Assembly: GCA_964248365.1 (NCBI GenBank)
Contig: CAXTYC010000032.1
Span: forward strand, 1 to 59,940
Direction of reading: 5' to 3'
Source: an uncultured Chroococcidiopsis sp.
GTDB lineage: Bacteria; Cyanobacteriota; Cyanobacteriia; Cyanobacteriales; Chroococcidiopsidaceae
Length of the DNA stretch: 59,940 nt
Below the pieces are notes generated by a model. That model was not told where the DNA came from and did no database searches. It worked only from the letters and a program-made list of their open reading frames with translations. Below, in pieces: positions 1 through 10,444 of the stretch. Position numbers and translations under genes: made by a program. Each line of letters opens with the position of its first letter. The first letter of the stretch is position 1.

Positions 1-89
1 GAATCCGTGCTTGGATGGCTCCTCAAGATCAGCCGCATGAACACTTCCAGTTCCCTGAGGAGGTTTTACCACGTGGAAACGCCTTATAA
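1..89 (+). CDS. psbD: Photosystem II D2 protein, 3' end (partial)
   Basis: Frame from nt 3 reads [28 protein letters not shown], the D2 C-terminus; it overlaps the psbC GTG start as in the standard psbDC operon. Confidence 0.97.
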   Translation, partial: IRAWMAPQDQPHEHFQFPEEVLPRGNAL

Positions 90-1473
90 TGCCTCTTTAA
101 ACCGCAATCTTGCCCTAGGCGGTGGTCGTGACCAGGAATCATCCGGTTTTGCCTGGTGGGCAGGTAATGCCCGCTTAATCAACCTATCTGGCAAACTACT
201 AGGAGCGCACGTAGCCCATTCTGGTCTGATTGTTTTCTGGGCGGGAGCAATGACTTTATTTGAAGTTGCTCACTTCATCCCAGAAAAGCCCATGTACGAG
301 CAAGGCTTGATCTTGCTCCCTCACCTTGCCTCCCTCGGTTGGGGTGTTGGTCCTGGTGGAGAAGTATTTGACACATTCCCTTACTTTGTGGTAGGGGTGC
401 TGCATTTGATTTCTTCCGCTGTTTTAGGTTTTGGCGGAATTTACCACGCCATTCGTGGTCCAGAAACCTTAGAAGAGTACTCCTCCTTCTTTGGTTACGA
501 CTGGAAAGACAAGGACAAAATGACCTCCATCATCGGGTATCACCTGATCCTCTTAGGATGCGGTGCCTTGCTGTTGGTGCTGAAGGCTATGTTCTTCGGC
601 GGTTTATACGACACCTGGGCTCCTGGTGGTGGCGATGTTCGTGTCATTTCCAATCCAACACTTAACCCAGCAACGATCTTTGGTTATGTGCTGAAGTCTC
701 CCTTCGGTGGCGAAGGTTCGATCGTCAGTGTCAATAACCTAGAAGATGTCGTCGGCGGTCACATTTGGGTAGCTCTACTGCTGATTTCTGGCGGTATCTT
801 TCACGTACTGACCAAGCCCTTTGCTTGGGCGCGTCGCGCCTTCATCTGGTCTGGAGAAGCTTACCTGTCCTACAGCTTGGGCGCTCTGTCCCTGATGGGC
901 TTTATTGCCGTCTTCTACGTCTGGTACAACAACACCGTTTACCCCAGCGAATTCTATGGTCCTACTGGTCCAGAAGCTTCTCAAGCTCAAGCTCTGACCT
1001 TCTTGATCCGTGACCAACGCTTGGGTGCTAACGTCGGTTCTGCCCAAGGTCCTACTGGTCTAGGTAAATACCTCATGCGTTCTCCCACAGGAGAAATTAT
1101 CTTCGGTGGTGAAACCATGCGTTTCTGGGATTTTCGTGGTCCCTGGCTGGAACCCCTACGTGGTCCCAACGGTCTGGATCTGGACAAAATCAAGAACGAC
1201 ATTCAGCCTTGGCAAGCTCGTCGCGCCTCTGAGTACATGACTCACGCTCCTCTCGGTTCTTTGAACTCAGTGGGTGGTGTGGCTACGGAGATCAACTCCT
1301 TTAACTATGTATCTCCTCGTGCTTGGCTAGCTTGTTCACACTTCGTTTTGGGCTTCTTCTTCCTGGTTGGTCACTTGTGGCACGCAGGACGCGCACGCGC
1401 TGCTGCTGGCGGTTTCGAGCGGGGTATCAACCGTGAAACGGAGCCAGTATTGTCTATGGGTGAACTCGACTAA
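73..1473 (+). CDS. psbC: Photosystem II CP43 antenna protein
   Basis: [63 protein letters not shown]. True start is the GTG at 73 inside psbD, not nt 7. Confidence 0.98.
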   Translation: METPYNASLNRNLALGGGRDQESSGFAWWAGNARLINLSGKLLGAHVAHSGLIVFWAGAMTLFEVAHFIPEKPMYEQGLILLPHLASLGWGVGPGGEVFDTFPYFVVGVLHLISSAVLGFGGIYHAIRGPETLEEYSSFFGYDWKDKDKMTSIIGYHLILLGCGALLLVLKAMFFGGLYDTWAPGGGDVRVISNPTLNPATIFGYVLKSPFGGEGSIVSVNNLEDVVGGHIWVALLLISGGIFHVLTKPFAWARRAFIWSGEAYLSYSLGALSLMGFIAVFYVWYNNTVYPSEFYGPTGPEASQAQALTFLIRDQRLGANVGSAQGPTGLGKYLMRSPTGEIIFGGETMRFWDFRGPWLEPLRGPNGLDLDKIKNDIQPWQARRASEYMTHAPLGSLNSVGGVATEINSFNYVSPRAWLACSHFVLGFFFLVGHLWHAGRARAAAGGFERGINRETEPVLSMGELD

Positions 1474-1512
1474 AGAAGTTTTGAACTCACTCATGGCTTA
1501 AGAATGTATATC

Positions 1513-1544
1513 GGCTCCTGTAAATAGGCAGGAGCCTTTTTTTT
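1513..1544 (+). terminator. Rho-independent terminator of psbDC
   Basis: GGCTCCTG / CAGGAGCC stem followed by T8. Confidence 0.9.
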
Positions 1545-1783
1545 GCGAGGATTGTAGCAGGCTGGGGCGAGTATTGCGAAAAGCAGCAAAGTGTTTATGT
1601 CACATCCGCTTATGAGGTAGATTGGAAACAAAGAATGAATAGCATTTTTGCGTTCATTCGTTTAAAGGCAGATGTTTGGGTGCGTGAACTCGGTTGTGGA
1701 CTTCAGGTTAGTTTCCCTAGCTTCTAGTCCCTGATCGTGCGATCGCTACTCAAAAATCCAAATTCTATGAGGTTGTAGTTACA

Positions 1784-1969
1784 ATGCGCGAATTTAATTT
1801 AACAGACGCTTTAGAATGGACGGCCCAAGCCAAAGCAAAGCTGAAGAATATACCCTTCTTTGCCCGCGCCCAAGCTAAAGCACGAATTGAGCAGCTAACC
1901 CGTGCAGCAGGTGGAGAAGTTGTCACAGCAGAGATAGTCGAGCAAGCGCGGTTAGAATTTGGGCAGTAA
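1784..1969 (+). CDS. Small PCP_red-family protein (protochlorophyllide reductase subunit B C-terminal-like domain)
   Basis: LEWT..A...L..IPFF.R..A...IE..A...G...VT pattern; GAGG upstream of the ATG. Confidence 0.8.
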   Translation: MREFNLTDALEWTAQAKAKLKNIPFFARAQAKARIEQLTRAAGGEVVTAEIVEQARLEFGQ

Positions 1970-2540
1970 GGATTTATCTAACCTTTACCTTTATTACTGC
2001 TGCCTAATTCATACTCTCATTGCTGCTAATGCCTTTCCCTTAGTTTCATTAGAGTTTTTTTAGAGTATACACTCACAGCAGAAGCACAACAAATGGTAAT
2101 CATTTTTTCCGGCTTCTGACGCGGGTACTTTTGAGTCTATTTTAAAATCTTGTTCAAAGTCGCTGTAATTTTACGAGATATTGGCGACTTTATATATAGC
2201 TGCCTGTAATAATACGTACCTGTTTAGAATGCCCAAATAGTAAAGCCATTAATAGCACCTATACATATACTTGGCTTTAGCTATAGACAGCACTAGGGAG
2301 ACAAAGCAGAGATTTTTACCACATTTAACACAGTGCAAACAGCGTTTATACTGACAAAAGCTACTGCACTTACGAATTTTCTCTAGCTATGCTCAAAAAT
2401 GAAGCATAATTTCTAGGGCTTAAGCAAAATATGGAATGGCTCTCGATTGAACTTGCTTACCTATAGAGATCGAGAGAACATCAATATAAATTGTTAGTAT
2501 ATATACTATTAATAAAGTAAATAAATATCCACTTATTATA

Positions 2541-2742
2541 AGTAAAAATTTTACTGTGTATACTAAATACAAAAATCAGTAAATTTTCTGTTAATAAGTT
2601 AAAAATCAGTAAGACTAATGCTTCCCAAAGCAAAAATCATTATTTGTTACCGTAAATTAACTACATTATTGCTAGAAAATAGCGATTTTTTAAAAAAATA
2701 TCCGTGAAATTTCGCTGAACTATAAATCAGTAAAATTTCTCT
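2541..2742. promoter_or_regulatory. Cluster of CAGTAA-type imperfect palindromes, putative operator array
   Basis: AGTAAAAATTTTACT palindrome at 2541; AAAAATCAGTAA at 2571 and 2601; AAAAATCATTA at 2632; AAATCAGTAAAATTTCT at 2724. Confidence 0.4.
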
Positions 2743-2924
2743 TTGTTATTAACTGAAGGTGAAGTTAACTTGATTTTGTAGGTTGGTTGTGTGAAGAAAC
2801 ATTGAAACGCCTTTAGGCAGAGGATTTTCTAACTTTGCCTTAAGTTTTTCTGCTGGTAATTTTAAACAAATTTAATTCTTTTTGCACAAACCAAAATAAA
2901 AATAAAACTTGAAAGAGGTAAACT

Positions 2925-4634
2925 ATGGCAATTAAAATAGCAAAACACATCAAACTTCCTCTAGCCCTGCTTGCAACTATGACTATTGCTGGCTCATGCA
3001 CTGCTGCAACAGTATCTACATCTTATCAGGCAAGTAATGAAGATTTTCTTAATCCTGAAAGAGGTTTTTATACTTCTAGTATGTCAACTAATGAAGATTC
3101 TCCTTTACAGCCCTCTGAGGTACAAGTAACTAAAAATAGCAACCATACTTTGATGAGACGGATTTACCAAATTTCAAAATATAGGAATAGTGCGCTACCC
3201 CAGTCTTTTCTTGACATGATAACAAAGGACTGTGAAACAGCCCGTAAAGGTGGGGTTAAAATGGTTTTACTGTTTATGTACAATTTCGAGTGGGAAGGCC
3301 CTGATGCTCCACGGAATATAATATTGTCGCAACTCGATCAGTTGAAGCCGATAATTCAAAAAAATATGGATGTGATTGCAGTAATGGAGGCAGGCTTTAT
3401 CGGCTCCTGGGGTGAGTGGCATCATTCCACAAACAACTTGAACAATAGTGAAGACAGAAGAGCGATACTGAATAAAATTCTATCTGTACTGCCGACTGAT
3501 AGAATGGTAGCGCTACGATATCCACAACATAAGATGGATGCATTTAACAATAAAAATCCCCTGACACCTGAAGAAGCTTTTAATGGTAGCTATCGAGCTA
3601 GAACTGGTGCTGTCAACCAATGTTTTTTGGCTAGTGCTGATGATGAGGGTACTTATGATAGTAATAACCCTGAAAGCACAAAGAAGTTTTTAAACCTTGA
3701 TACCCGATATGTAGTACAGGGAGGTGAAACCTGCGCGAGTAGTGAATATGACAATTGTCCAAATGCTCTGAAAGACTTAGAACGTATGCATTGGAGTTAC
3801 TTAAATCGTTGGTTTGAAGAGAATGTATTAAAAGGGTGGCAAGACCAAGGTTGCATGGAAACAATTAAACGTCGTTTAGGCTATCGCTTCCGCCTGATAG
3901 ATTCAAATATTCCCGATAAGGTAAAACCGAATGGTACTTTTTCCATGAGTTTTAAAGTTACTAATGATGGCTGGGCTAGCCCGTATAATCCCCGCACTCT
4001 AGAAGTGATTCTACGTAACAAGAGCACGGGACAGCAATACTATTTACCTGTATCCGAAGCTGTACGTTGGTGGATGCCTGGTGAAACCAAAACAGTGAAT
4101 ATAACAGGCGGCATTCCATCCAATATGCCTTCAGGAGAATATCAAGTATTGCTGAATCTACCTGACCCCACATCCACTTTACACAATCGCCCAGAATATT
4201 CAATCAGACTGGCTAATCAAAATGTTTGGGAAGCATCCACAGGCTATAACTCGTTATTGAGAAGTGTTATTGTTGACCCGAATGCAGGAGGAGATACTTA
4301 TTCAGGTAGTCAATTGTTTAAGGCATCTGGGGGCGACAATTCTCAAACACCATCGAACAACAACTCATCCAAGACAGTTACGCTCTACGAGGATAGTAAT
4401 TTTAGTGGCAAGTCCCAAAGCGTCGGAGTAGGTACATACAGAGCCGATAAAGGTCAGTTAAATCAAGTCGGTAACGACAATATTAGCTCGTTGCGCGTGC
4501 CTGCTGGCTACAAGGTAAGGGTCTGCTCAGATGAAACGGGTGGTATTTGCCGCGAGTACGGTGCTGGTGACTACTCTTATGTGGGAGATGACCTGAACGA
4601 CCAAATATCTTTAGTTGAAGTTAAAGCTCAATAG
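2925..4634 (+). CDS. Secreted DUF4874/DUF4832-type glycoside-hydrolase-like protein with C-terminal beta/gamma-crystallin-like domain
   Basis: Signal peptide; NPERGFY, AGFIGSWGEWH, GGET, LGYRF motifs; S/N-rich linker; C-terminal VTLYEDSNFSG...NDNISSLRV...NDQIS crystallin-type repeats; GAGGT RBS. Confidence 0.75.
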   Translation: MAIKIAKHIKLPLALLATMTIAGSCTAATVSTSYQASNEDFLNPERGFYTSSMSTNEDSPLQPSEVQVTKNSNHTLMRRIYQISKYRNSALPQSFLDMITKDCETARKGGVKMVLLFMYNFEWEGPDAPRNIILSQLDQLKPIIQKNMDVIAVMEAGFIGSWGEWHHSTNNLNNSEDRRAILNKILSVLPTDRMVALRYPQHKMDAFNNKNPLTPEEAFNGSYRARTGAVNQCFLASADDEGTYDSNNPESTKKFLNLDTRYVVQGGETCASSEYDNCPNALKDLERMHWSYLNRWFEENVLKGWQDQGCMETIKRRLGYRFRLIDSNIPDKVKPNGTFSMSFKVTNDGWASPYNPRTLEVILRNKSTGQQYYLPVSEAVRWWMPGETKTVNITGGIPSNMPSGEYQVLLNLPDPTSTLHNRPEYSIRLANQNVWEASTGYNSLLRSVIVDPNAGGDTYSGSQLFKASGGDNSQTPSNNNSSKTVTLYEDSNFSGKSQSVGVGTYRADKGQLNQVGNDNISSLRVPAGYKVRVCSDETGGICREYGAGDYSYVGDDLNDQISLVEVKAQ

Positions 4635-5496
4635 CAGGGGAACAGTTGAACACAGTCAAAATTGCCAGGCAGGGGGATGTCTTTTAGAAATCAGCTAGCC
4701 CTTATCACACACCAAGTTAGATGGAAAGCTACCAAGATTGAACACTAAGGAACCGAGTTTTTCGGCTTCCTTGTCTCCCAATACACGAGCACCCAATTTT
4801 TTATGCCCTTATACTTATCTTAACACCATTTTAGTGTAAAGAGATCCTAATTAATTAAGATGGAAGATATCTCAGGTTATCTTCCGCTTTAATGTTTGGC
4901 TTAAAAATTTTATTTTAAATTTTATTTTATTCGAGCAGCATTATTGCTCTTAAGAACAATAGCAAGAATATAGCCCAATGTATTTGCATTTACTACACCC
5001 TACCTTGTTGAGGATGATATGGATTCAATTGAGAATCGCTAGAATTCATGAGCCTACTTGAGGTAAAAGACATGGCTAAGCCTTTCCGCTCCAGCTGAGC
5101 TTATATATAAATCGCCTTGAGGAAAAATTTACATTATCTTAGTATTTATGGATTTTCAATCAAGATAGTTAACTCAAATCCTAAAATATGGAACAGTATT
5201 AACGGTATTAAGATATGATTTGTTCAGCTTTCATATACTGCAACTTAATATGGACACTAATTTGTTATATACACTAGGAGCAAGACAGCTGGGCTAGCCA
5301 CAGCCTGTATAGTCACGGCGCAAGGAAAATTAGTTGCAATCGAACCCTTTTGTACAGTGAAAGGAACTTACAGCTATTTACCTGCTACGCTTGGAGGCAA
5401 ATGTTATTCCATCGGTTAAATAAAGCAGCGAAAAAAGGGCGATCGCATACTTTTCTTACAGCACAAGCAATATTTTTTATTAGTCAAACCGAAATT

Positions 5497-6603
5497 ATGA
5501 AATTTGAACACCTTGTAGTTACAGGAGATCCATTTTTTTTCAACCGCCATAAGTTTCTTTTTCAAGCACTATCTTCCTATTTTGAGCAGGTTGAATTTGT
5601 TCAAACGAATAATATTTATTACAAGTCTAAAATATCTAATTTTCTCATGAAATTGTCTTATAAAATAACTACTTTAGTTGACCCTAATAAAACAGAGAGA
5701 CTCTGGAAAAACGAACGGGCTTTTATCGCTAGATCGAAGATAACAGAGCAACAAATTAGACAACTGGCATACGTCCCAGATCTTGTATTTCAAGTATTTA
5801 GTATGTCTAACCCATTTTGGGATAAATTTGACATACCTTATGTCACATATCTAGATTATACAATGGCTCTAGCTAAAAGAAACTGGTCACTTTGGGCTCC
5901 TTTTAATAATGAGCGAGAATTTGCTGCCTGGATGAATTGTGAACGTAATGCCTACGCTCAAGCTCATCATCTTTTTACGATGAGTGAATTAGTTAAATCT
6001 TCCTTAGTAAAAGATTATAATATAAGCCCTGATAAAATAACTGTTGTAGGTTCTTCTGGAAATTTTCTAGCACCTTACGATGGAGAAAAAACATTTGGAA
6101 GTAAGCAAATTTTATTTAATGGCTCTGAATTTGAAAGAAAGGGTGGAGACTTAGTTTTGGCAGCCTTTAAGCAGATAAAAAAAGCAATTCCTGAAGCAAA
6201 GTTAGTAATAATTGGGAAAGATTTAGCTATTCATGAGGATGATGTGATAACCCCAGGATATATCTCATCTTTTTGGGAGATGCAAAATCTTTTTTTAGAA
6301 ACGGACTTAGTAGTGGCTCCTGGTCGTTGCGATCCATTTCCTACTTTCATAATGGAGGCTATGAGTTATGGTATTCCTTGTATAGTGTCAGCTAGGGATG
6401 GAATGCCAGAAATTGTTGATAACAAAATAAATGGGATTGTCATAGAGCAACCAACCCCAGACATTTTGGCTGCTCAAATCACAAATTTACTGGGCGATAT
6501 TTCTAGATTAGAATCGATGTCTTTAATGGCAAGGCAGAAGATAAAAACTCAATTGAATTGGCATGAAATAGCCAAGAAGATAACGCAAGCATTGTCAGCT
6601 TAA
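5497..6603 (+). CDS. Glycosyltransferase family 4
   Basis: RKGGDL and DPFPTFIMEAMSYGIPCI GT-B motifs; the ATG at 5497 is a likelier start than the TTG at 5350. Confidence 0.88.
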   Translation: MKFEHLVVTGDPFFFNRHKFLFQALSSYFEQVEFVQTNNIYYKSKISNFLMKLSYKITTLVDPNKTERLWKNERAFIARSKITEQQIRQLAYVPDLVFQVFSMSNPFWDKFDIPYVTYLDYTMALAKRNWSLWAPFNNEREFAAWMNCERNAYAQAHHLFTMSELVKSSLVKDYNISPDKITVVGSSGNFLAPYDGEKTFGSKQILFNGSEFERKGGDLVLAAFKQIKKAIPEAKLVIIGKDLAIHEDDVITPGYISSFWEMQNLFLETDLVVAPGRCDPFPTFIMEAMSYGIPCIVSARDGMPEIVDNKINGIVIEQPTPDILAAQITNLLGDISRLESMSLMARQKIKTQLNWHEIAKKITQALSA

Positions 6604-6715
6604 TTCAAAAAACAAATAAAATTAAAAACATAATTGTGCTCAAAAAAATTAAGTGATGTATTAGCTATAAAATTATTAAAATATTTCTATAATAAATTAT
6701 TCCTCTCAAACAAAT

Positions 6716-8071
6716 TTGAAAGTGAAAAAAATATTTTCTGTCTGGCATAAGTTGACAAATGGCTCTATCAACCGCAAAATTTTCGGTGCAGCTCTCACGG
6801 TTTCTGCATTGACAATATTGGTGAAAGTAGCGGCTGTGATCAAAGAAATAGTAGTTGCCTGGAGATTTGGTACTGGGGATACTCTAGATGCATTTTTAAT
6901 TGCTTTACTAGTTCCTTCTTTTGTGATTAATGTAATAGCTGGCTCCTTTAATGCTGCCCTCATACCCACGTATATTCAGGTAAGAGAACAGGAAGGAAAT
7001 AAAGCTGCTCAAAGACTGTTCTCTGGTACTACAGTTTGGAGTATGTTTCTGCTGGCGATCGCTACCATAGTGGTTGTGGTAACAGCACCAGTGTATCTAC
7101 CATTGATTGCTAGGGGGTTTAGCCCCCAAAAGTTAGATCTAACTTTTCATCTGCTGTGCGCGATCGCTCCTGTTATCCTACTAAGTGGGATTATCACTAG
7201 TTGGGGTGCTGTTTTAAATGCAGGGGAACGTTTTGCTTTAGCAGCTATGTCTCCAATTATTACCCCGACTATCTCTATAGCACTTCTTTTTATCGCTCAG
7301 TCTTGGGGTAGCTTCGCTTTAGCAGCAGGGCTAGTCTGCGGTGCAGTGGGGGAAATAGTTATTCTGGGGGCAGCACTTCATCGACAAGGAATTTCATTGC
7401 TGCCAAAATGGTATGGAATTGACTCACACCTGCGTCAGGTAGCTAGTCAATATGCCCCAGCGATCGCAGGAGCATTTCTAATGTGTAGCGCAATTTTAGT
7501 AGATCAATCTATGGCAGCAATGCTATCCCCAGGGAGTGTAGCAGCACTAAATTACGGTAATAAATTTATTTCCTTTCCAACAGCCATAACTGCTACAGCG
7601 TTAGGAACGGCTGTGATTCCCTATTTTTCCAAAATGGTTGCTTGTCATAATTGGACAGAAGTACGTCACACTCTTAAGCATTATATGCGGCTGATCTTTT
7701 TTATTACCGTGCCACTGACCGGACTTATAGTTTTATTTTCAGATTTCATCATTCAGACACTCTTCCAAAGAGGTTCATTTACAGCTAATGACACCCATGT
7801 AGTAGCTCAAATTCAAACTTTATTTGCTTTACAAATTCCTTTTTACATTGCAACTAGTTTGTTGGTAAATTTAATTAGAGCAATGCAAAAAAATCATATA
7901 CTAATGTGGGTTTCCTGCTTCAGTCTTGTAATTAATATTGTTTTAAACTATGTTTTTATGCAGTGGATAGGTATTCAAGGTATCGCTTTGTCTACTAGTT
8001 TTGTCTATCTATTTTCCTTTGGATATTTATTGTTTTTTGCTCAAAAAAATCTGAAAACTTTACAAGATTAG
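6716..8071 (+). CDS. MurJ/MviN-family (MOP superfamily) flippase
   Basis: FGTGDTLDAFLIA, GSFNAALIPTY, GSVAALNY and LFQRGSFT MurJ-type motifs; polytopic membrane protein. Confidence 0.85.
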   Translation: MKVKKIFSVWHKLTNGSINRKIFGAALTVSALTILVKVAAVIKEIVVAWRFGTGDTLDAFLIALLVPSFVINVIAGSFNAALIPTYIQVREQEGNKAAQRLFSGTTVWSMFLLAIATIVVVVTAPVYLPLIARGFSPQKLDLTFHLLCAIAPVILLSGIITSWGAVLNAGERFALAAMSPIITPTISIALLFIAQSWGSFALAAGLVCGAVGEIVILGAALHRQGISLLPKWYGIDSHLRQVASQYAPAIAGAFLMCSAILVDQSMAAMLSPGSVAALNYGNKFISFPTAITATALGTAVIPYFSKMVACHNWTEVRHTLKHYMRLIFFITVPLTGLIVLFSDFIIQTLFQRGSFTANDTHVVAQIQTLFALQIPFYIATSLLVNLIRAMQKNHILMWVSCFSLVINIVLNYVFMQWIGIQGIALSTSFVYLFSFGYLLFFAQKNLKTLQD

Positions 8072-8162
8072 AGTGCAAATAAGGCAGAAAATGGAATAAT
8101 TTTTGCTCTCGCTCATATTTGATAATTTCAATTCAATAAAAAGTATAATGTTTTAAACAAGT

Positions 8163-9278
8163 ATGCGATTGACATTAGTATCTTCATCCCTTACGTGCGG
8201 TGGAGCAGAACGAGTTCTAGTTTTGCTGAGTGAAGGTTTTTTGAAAAAAGGTCATGAGGTTTCGGTAGTAACACTATCTGGAATAGAAACTGATTTCTAC
8301 AAATTACCCGACGAAGTTAATAGATTAGCTCTTAATATTTTGGGAGACTCACCAACACCAATTCATGGCTTGTGGAACAATCTACATCGTACTTTCACAA
8401 TTAGGCAAGCAATTGAATCCACCCAGCCTGATGCAGTCATCTCATTTACAGATAGAATAAATGTAATGACTATAGTGTCTCTCAGCCGTACCAGATACCC
8501 AGTATTTCCTACTGAGCATTGCGATCCAATAATGAATCCTTGTGGAAAATTGTGGGAAAATTTACGCCGTTTTACTTATCCCCATGCTGCTAGGATTGTA
8601 AGTGTAAGTAAAGGAATTGATAATTACTTCGACTGGTTACCGAAAACAAAAAGAGCAGTAATTTATAATCCTTTTTTGGTGAGAAACAACACTCAATCTA
8701 TAACAAGTATACCTAAAGACGCTGACCAGGGGAAAAATTGGATTATTTCTATGGGTCGCTTAACTTATCAAAAAGGATTTGATCTTTTATTAGCTGCATT
8801 TAAAAAAATTGCTCATAAGTATCCTGACTGGCAGTTACTAATATTAGGAAAAGGAGAAATGATATCTGAACTAGAAAAACTCAAAGATGATTTGAGTTTG
8901 TCTAGCCAAGTTATTTTTACTGGAGCTATTAGTAATCCATTTCCTATATTAAGGAACTCAAAACTATTTGTTATGGCTTCTCGCTTTGAAGGTTTTCCTA
9001 TGGCTCATGGTGAAGCTCTAGCGTGTGGACTACCAGTTATTTGTACAGATTGTCCTAGTGGACCACGAGAAATTATTCGCAATGGTGTAGATGGTATTTT
9101 AGTTCCCAATGAAGACGTATCGGCATTAGCTTGGGCAATGGAGCGCTTAATGTCTGACGAGGGAGAGCGCAAACGTCTAGCAGCCAGTGCGCCAGAAGTA
9201 ACCGAACGTTTCAGTCAGGAAAAAGTAATGGAGATGTGGGAGAAATTAATCGGGGAAGTAATTGGAGGGCAGAAATAA
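8163..9278 (+). CDS. Glycosyltransferase family 4 (AmsD/PglH-like)
   Basis: GGAERV, GRL..QKGFDLL, SRFEGFPM..GEA..CGLPVI. Confidence 0.9.
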   Translation: MRLTLVSSSLTCGGAERVLVLLSEGFLKKGHEVSVVTLSGIETDFYKLPDEVNRLALNILGDSPTPIHGLWNNLHRTFTIRQAIESTQPDAVISFTDRINVMTIVSLSRTRYPVFPTEHCDPIMNPCGKLWENLRRFTYPHAARIVSVSKGIDNYFDWLPKTKRAVIYNPFLVRNNTQSITSIPKDADQGKNWIISMGRLTYQKGFDLLLAAFKKIAHKYPDWQLLILGKGEMISELEKLKDDLSLSSQVIFTGAISNPFPILRNSKLFVMASRFEGFPMAHGEALACGLPVICTDCPSGPREIIRNGVDGILVPNEDVSALAWAMERLMSDEGERKRLAASAPEVTERFSQEKVMEMWEKLIGEVIGGQK

Positions 9279-10375
9279 TGCATAAAGAACGCATAGCTTT
9301 CTTTCTTCCTTCTCTCTATGGCGGTGGTGCAGAACGGGTAGCAGTTAATCTGCTCAAAGGGATGTTAAAACTAGATGTCCCATTGGATTTAGTTCTAGCT
9401 ACAGCAGAAGGACCATATTTAGATCAAATACCAGAGCAAGTGCGTGTAGTGGACTTAAGAGCAGGACGAGCAATAAAGGCTACCCTACCTTTATCACTTT
9501 ACCTACAACAAAATAAACCATCAGCTCTGCTATCCCATTTGAATTACGCAAATGTGGTGGCAATTGTAGCCAGAGAGCTTGCTCGTACAAAAACTCGATT
9601 AGTGGTGGTAGAACACGATACCCTTTCAGCTGGTAAAACTCAGTTACTTCGGGGTAAGTTAGTTCCCACGTTGGTAAGATGGCTTTACCCGCGTGCAGAT
9701 GCCATTGTAGGAGTATCTCAAGGAACAATGCGCGACTTGCAGGTCAATTTCGGTATTGCAGGGGAAAAGCTTAGTACAATCTACAATCCAGTTGTCAATG
9801 ACGAGCTGCTTGCTAAAGCACAAGCACCCCTGGATCATCCTTGGTTTCAACCAGAAGCCCCACCTGTATTTTTAGGTGTAGGGCGTTTATCACAGCAGAA
9901 GGATTTCTGGACATTGATCGAAGCTTTCTCACTCTTAAGAAAGCAAAGGATGGCTCGTCTGATCATATTAGGCGAAGGAGAATATCGAACCCAATTAGAA
10001 ACAACGATCGCACGGCTAGGAATTACAGAGGATGTTTCCCTACCAGGTTTTGTCAAAAATCCGTATGCCTATATGAGTCGCGCCCGTGCATTTATACTTT
10101 CCTCTCGTTGGGAAGCATTGCCAACTGTATTGATCGAAGCTATGGCTTGCGGTTGCCCTGTTATTTCTACAAATTGTCCAACTGGACCTGAAGAAATATT
10201 AGAATCAGGACTATACGGAACCTTAGTACCTATTGCTAATGCAACAGCACTTTCAAAAGCAATGTTGCAGGTGCTCGACGATCATCAGAATCGAGATTTA
10301 TTAGTACAACGGGCAACAGATTTTTCTTTTGAGCGAGCAGTCAATGAGTATCTTGAATTGTTGCGCTATAGATGA
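9278..10375 (+). CDS. Glycosyltransferase family 4 (WabH/PglJ-like)
   Basis: GGGAERV, GRL..QKDF, SRWEALPTVLIEAMACG; TAATG stop/start overlap with the upstream gene. Confidence 0.9.
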   Translation: MHKERIAFFLPSLYGGGAERVAVNLLKGMLKLDVPLDLVLATAEGPYLDQIPEQVRVVDLRAGRAIKATLPLSLYLQQNKPSALLSHLNYANVVAIVARELARTKTRLVVVEHDTLSAGKTQLLRGKLVPTLVRWLYPRADAIVGVSQGTMRDLQVNFGIAGEKLSTIYNPVVNDELLAKAQAPLDHPWFQPEAPPVFLGVGRLSQQKDFWTLIEAFSLLRKQRMARLIILGEGEYRTQLETTIARLGITEDVSLPGFVKNPYAYMSRARAFILSSRWEALPTVLIEAMACGCPVISTNCPTGPEEILESGLYGTLVPIANATALSKAMLQVLDDHQNRDLLVQRATDFSFERAVNEYLELLRYR

Positions 10376-10444
10376 AAGTTTATAATTTATCGGTTATACG
10401 GGTTTAGTTTTGCCAGGATTTTTTACAAGCAACGTATTGTTATC

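Noticed and set aside
7..72. N-terminal extension of the psbC ORF ([10 protein letters not shown]...)
   Set aside because: It is the psbD coding region read in another frame; the conserved GTG start is at 73.
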